A stretch of 40,066 bases of DNA from an uncultured Pirellulales bacterium (lineage in GTDB: Bacteria; Planctomycetota; Phycisphaerae; Sedimentisphaerales; Anaerobacaceae). Within the stretch, counting starts at the first letter, position 1, and every line of letters begins with the position of its first letter. The translations under genes were made by a program, and so were the position numbers. A model generated the notes under the pieces. That model did not search any database and was not told the DNA's origin. It saw only the letters and a program-made list of their open reading frames with translations. The stretch spans positions 1 to 40,066 of the forward strand of contig CAZTGH010000004.1 of NCBI GenBank assembly GCA_964612985.1. The letters are read 5' to 3'. Positions 37,212-40,066 of the stretch are shown here, piece by piece.

Positions 37212-37739
37212 ATGAACGCGAGCCGACTGCAATCTGCGAGAGCCAAGGGCTTCACCCTGCTGGAACTGATCCTGGTGATGCTCATTCTCTCGACCGTGCT
37301 GGCGATGGCGGCGCCGTCGCTGCGCGGGTTCTTCGGATCGCGCCAGGCGCAGGACACGGCGGCACAGATTCTCGCGCTGACTCAGTTCGCCCGGTCGCAG
37401 GCAATCAGCGAGGGCGTCATCTATCGGCTTAACTTTGACACCAGAGACCGGGTTTACTGGCTGACCGCCTGGAAGTCCGGAGCGTTCGACGAGCTCGAGA
37501 CGGAGTTCGGGCAGATCTTCACGCTTCCGAAGGACATGGCGATGGAACTGGAGGACGTGGAGGAGGAAGAGGGGGACGTGTACGTGGAGTTCACGCCGCA
37601 GGGCGCTGTCACGGCCGCGACGATTCGTTTGATCGATCGGCGGGGGCGGGCGCTCGAGGTGTCGTGTCCCAGCATTACGGAGTCGTTCTCGATCGTCGAG
37701 AGCGAGGAAACCTATGAGCAATACGCCGCGAGACAATAA
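37212..37739 (+). CDS. gspH: Minor pseudopilin GspH-like
   Basis: GFTLLELILV, ARSQAI and VEFTPQG motifs; position in the operon. Confidence 0.8.
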   Translation: MNASRLQSARAKGFTLLELILVMLILSTVLAMAAPSLRGFFGSRQAQDTAAQILALTQFARSQAISEGVIYRLNFDTRDRVYWLTAWKSGAFDELETEFGQIFTLPKDMAMELEDVEEEEGDVYVEFTPQGAVTAATIRLIDRRGRALEVSCPSITESFSIVESEETYEQYAARQ

Positions 37740-38115
37740 GGTCCGAAGCGCCCGCTCGAGCGGCTTCACGTTCGTCGAACTGCTGGCGACGGTGGTGCTG
37801 ATCGGCATCATCATGCCGGTGGCGATGCGGACGATTTCTCTTTGCACGCGGCTGGGGGGGCAGTCCCGACGGGAGATCGAAGCGGTTTCGCTGGCGAACA
37901 CGAAGCTCGCGGAACTGGTGGCGTCGACAGAGTGGGAGACGGGCGGCAAAGGGGGCGATTTTGGCACCGACTGGCCCGGCTATCAGTGGAACGCGGAAGT
38001 TTCGAACTGGACGGAATCGACCGTTCGTCAGCTCGATGTGGAAGTGCTCTGGACGTCGCAGGGGCGCGAGCGTCAGGTGACGCTCAGCACGCTGGTCTAT
38101 CCGGAGGAGGAGTGA
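37714..38115 (+). CDS. gspI: Minor pseudopilin GspI-like
   Basis: GFTFVELLATV, A.SLA..KLAE, G.F, Y.W and V.V.W motifs; position in the operon. Confidence 0.8.
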   Translation: MSNTPRDNKVRSARSSGFTFVELLATVVLIGIIMPVAMRTISLCTRLGGQSRREIEAVSLANTKLAELVASTEWETGGKGGDFGTDWPGYQWNAEVSNWTESTVRQLDVEVLWTSQGRERQVTLSTLVYPEEE

Positions 38116-38116
38116 G

Positions 38117-38884
38117 ATGGCTCGCGTCCGGATGGAGATCGCAGGCTTTACGCTTCTCGAGTTGCTCGTCGCGATGACGTTGATGGTGGTCACGGCGTCC
38201 TGTCTCTACACCGCGCTCTACACCGGTTTCAAGGCACGCCGCAGCGCCCTGGCGGCGGTCGAGCCCACGAGTCAGGCGATCCGCGCCATCGAACTGCTCA
38301 AGCAGGATATCTCGGGCGTTCTGCCTCCGAAGGGAGCGCTGGCGGGGGCGTTCATCGGAACGGACTCTCGCAGCAGCCAAGGCGCCGACGCGGACGATCT
38401 CGTATTCCACACGACGCAGACCTACGCGGATACGGATCAGCCGGTGGGGGGGATTGGCAAGATTGAACTGGCCCTGGAAGAGGCCGACGATGACGACACC
38501 AGCGCCCGGGACAGCTTTCGTTTGGTGCGCAAGATTACGACCAACCTTCTGTCCCCGAAGGACGTCGATCCGGAAGAGCAGGTGCTGTGTCGCAACGTGA
38601 TGTCGTTGAACCTGCGGTATTTCGACGGGGACGGCTGGCTCGACGAATGGGACTCGACCGCCGATGCGAACAGCCTTCCGAAGGCGGTGGAGATCGATAT
38701 CGAGATCGCCAACCAGGTTCGAAGTTCCAGCGAGGAGATGGAAAAACGACGGCTCGTCCAGGCCTTTGCACTTCCGTGCGGCGTCTGGGCCCGGGCGACG
38801 GAAGAATCGACGGAGTCCAGCGAGGCCTCGGGCGCCGGCGGCGGTGGGGCGCCGACGCAGGGAGGAGGTCAGCAGGGATTATGA
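38117..38884 (+). CDS. gspJ: Minor pseudopilin GspJ-like
   Basis: GFTLLELLVAM, LNLRYFDGDGWLDEWDS and LPKAVEI motifs; position in the operon. Confidence 0.82.
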   Translation: MARVRMEIAGFTLLELLVAMTLMVVTASCLYTALYTGFKARRSALAAVEPTSQAIRAIELLKQDISGVLPPKGALAGAFIGTDSRSSQGADADDLVFHTTQTYADTDQPVGGIGKIELALEEADDDDTSARDSFRLVRKITTNLLSPKDVDPEEQVLCRNVMSLNLRYFDGDGWLDEWDSTADANSLPKAVEIDIEIANQVRSSSEEMEKRRLVQAFALPCGVWARATEESTESSEASGAGGGGAPTQGGGQQGL

Positions 38885-40066
38885 AGACCAGCCTGAGACA
38901 TCGCGCTGCATTCGGCCGAGCGGGCGGGACGATCCTGATCGTTACGATCTGGGTGGTCCTGGTTCTGGCGGGGCTGGCGCTGGTCTTCGCGCGGTCGATG
39001 CGGGTAGCGGCGATCGTCTCGGCGAATCAGGTGGCCTCGATCGAAGCGGACTGCATCGCCTCGGGGGCGTGCCAGTACATCCGGTCGGAGCTGGCAGCCA
39101 ACGCGACCGACGCGACGGCGCTGGAGGAGGACGTCCCGTGGGAGCAGTTGCAGGTCGGCCAAGGCTACTTCTGGGTGCTGCGTTCCAACCTGGAAGATGA
39201 CAGCGAGTTCGACTACGGACTGACCGATGAAGCGGGCAAGATCAACCTGAACTCAGCGTCGCTCGAGATGCTGCTGAAGCTTCCGGGCATGACGTCCGAG
39301 CTGGCGGCTTCGATCATCGACTGGCGCGACGAGGACGGCGACGTGACGACGGGAGGGGCCGAGGACGAGTACTACCTTCTGCTGTCGGAGCCGTACAACT
39401 GCAAGAACGCGCCCTTTGAAACGGTGGATGAGATCCTGTTGGTCAAGGGGGCGTCGGAAGAACTGCTATACGGAGAGGATACGAATCTCAACGGAGTGCT
39501 CGACGACAACGAAAACGACGGCGACAACAGCGCTCCGTCGGACAATCGCAACGGACGGCTCGAGGGCGGTTTTTACGACTACGTTACCGTCTACAGCGTG
39601 GAGAACAACACGGACAGCGAAGGCGAGGAGCGGATCTATCTCAACGACGCCGGCGTCCGTACCACGCTGCAAAGCGCCTTGCAGGAGGTGACCAGCGAAG
39701 AGCGTGCTCTGGAAATCATGAACAACGTTCCCATCAGTCCGTCTTATAACAGCGTGATGGCCTTCTACTATGGCGCGGGGCTGAAGATTGAGGAATTCGA
39801 GCAACTGGCCGACAAGCTGACCACCAGCGAGGAGGAGACGCGGCCCGGGCTGGTCAACGTCAACACAGCTTCGAAAGAGGTCCTTCTGTGCCTGCCCGGC
39901 CTGGAAGAGTCGGACGTGGAATCCCTGCTGTCGTATCGGCAGAACCACGACGATCTCGATTCAGTCGCCTGGGTGGCAAAGGTGCTGGACCGCGAGAAGG
40001 CCATCGCCATCGGCAACTACATTACGGTCCGCTCGTTCCAGTACTCAGCCGACATCATCTGCTTGT
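38881..40066 (+). CDS. gspK: Minor pseudopilin GspK-like (partial, runs off the right edge)
   Basis: Not in the ORF track because there is no stop in the window. ATGA overlap with gspJ; reads MKTSLRHRAAFGRAGGTILIVTIWVVLVL..., with TDEAGKINLN, SIIDWRDED, KNAPFETVDEILLVKG and VNVNTAS.EVL.CLPG. Confidence 0.88.
   Translation, partial: MKTSLRHRAAFGRAGGTILIVTIWVVLVLAGLALVFARSMRVAAIVSANQVASIEADCIASGACQYIRSELAANATDATALEEDVPWEQLQVGQGYFWVLRSNLEDDSEFDYGLTDEAGKINLNSASLEMLLKLPGMTSELAASIIDWRDEDGDVTTGGAEDEYYLLLSEPYNCKNAPFETVDEILLVKGASEELLYGEDTNLNGVLDDNENDGDNSAPSDNRNGRLEGGFYDYVTVYSVENNTDSEGEERIYLNDAGVRTTLQSALQEVTSEERALEIMNNVPISPSYNSVMAFYYGAGLKIEEFEQLADKLTTSEEETRPGLVNVNTASKEVLLCLPGLEESDVESLLSYRQNHDDLDSVAWVAKVLDREKAIAIGNYITVRSFQYSADIICL

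Overview
GC-rich bacterial chromosomal window. It is most likely from a planctomycete (Phycisphaerae-like); this is inferred from a DGHV-type prepilin-like gene, an ECF sigma with a long membrane-anchored extension, and GLUG and beta-helix surface proteins. 1-1437: the decayed edge of an integrative element at the 3' end of tRNA-Tyr(GTA), with an internally deleted IS transposase spliced onto a broken tyrosine-integrase C-terminus. 1.7-11.1 kb: sugar-acid/pentose catabolism (uxaC, araA, gnd, a LarA-family epimerase resembling GntE), interrupted by an AT-richer orphan with a HEPN-like Rx4H motif. 11.2-20.5 kb: membrane proteins, an acyltransferase, a 179-bp MITE with perfect 31-bp inverted repeats, a cluster of GTAG/GTAA REP-like palindromes (one translated inside a Tat-exported enzyme, one supplying its stop codon), a dead Phd/ParE toxin-antitoxin pair and a GLUG surface protein. 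20.5-40 kb: murA, a CPBP protease, a STAS protein, a prepilin-like gene apparently starting at ATC, a beta-helix surface protein, an extended ECF sigma divergent from a CBS-Cys-rich-GGDEF-HD-GYP enzyme with a sigma28-like promoter, and a type II secretion operon (gspE-F-G-H-I-J-K, running off the window). No CRISPR array or rRNA seen. All family assignments come from motif recognition by eye, not database searches.
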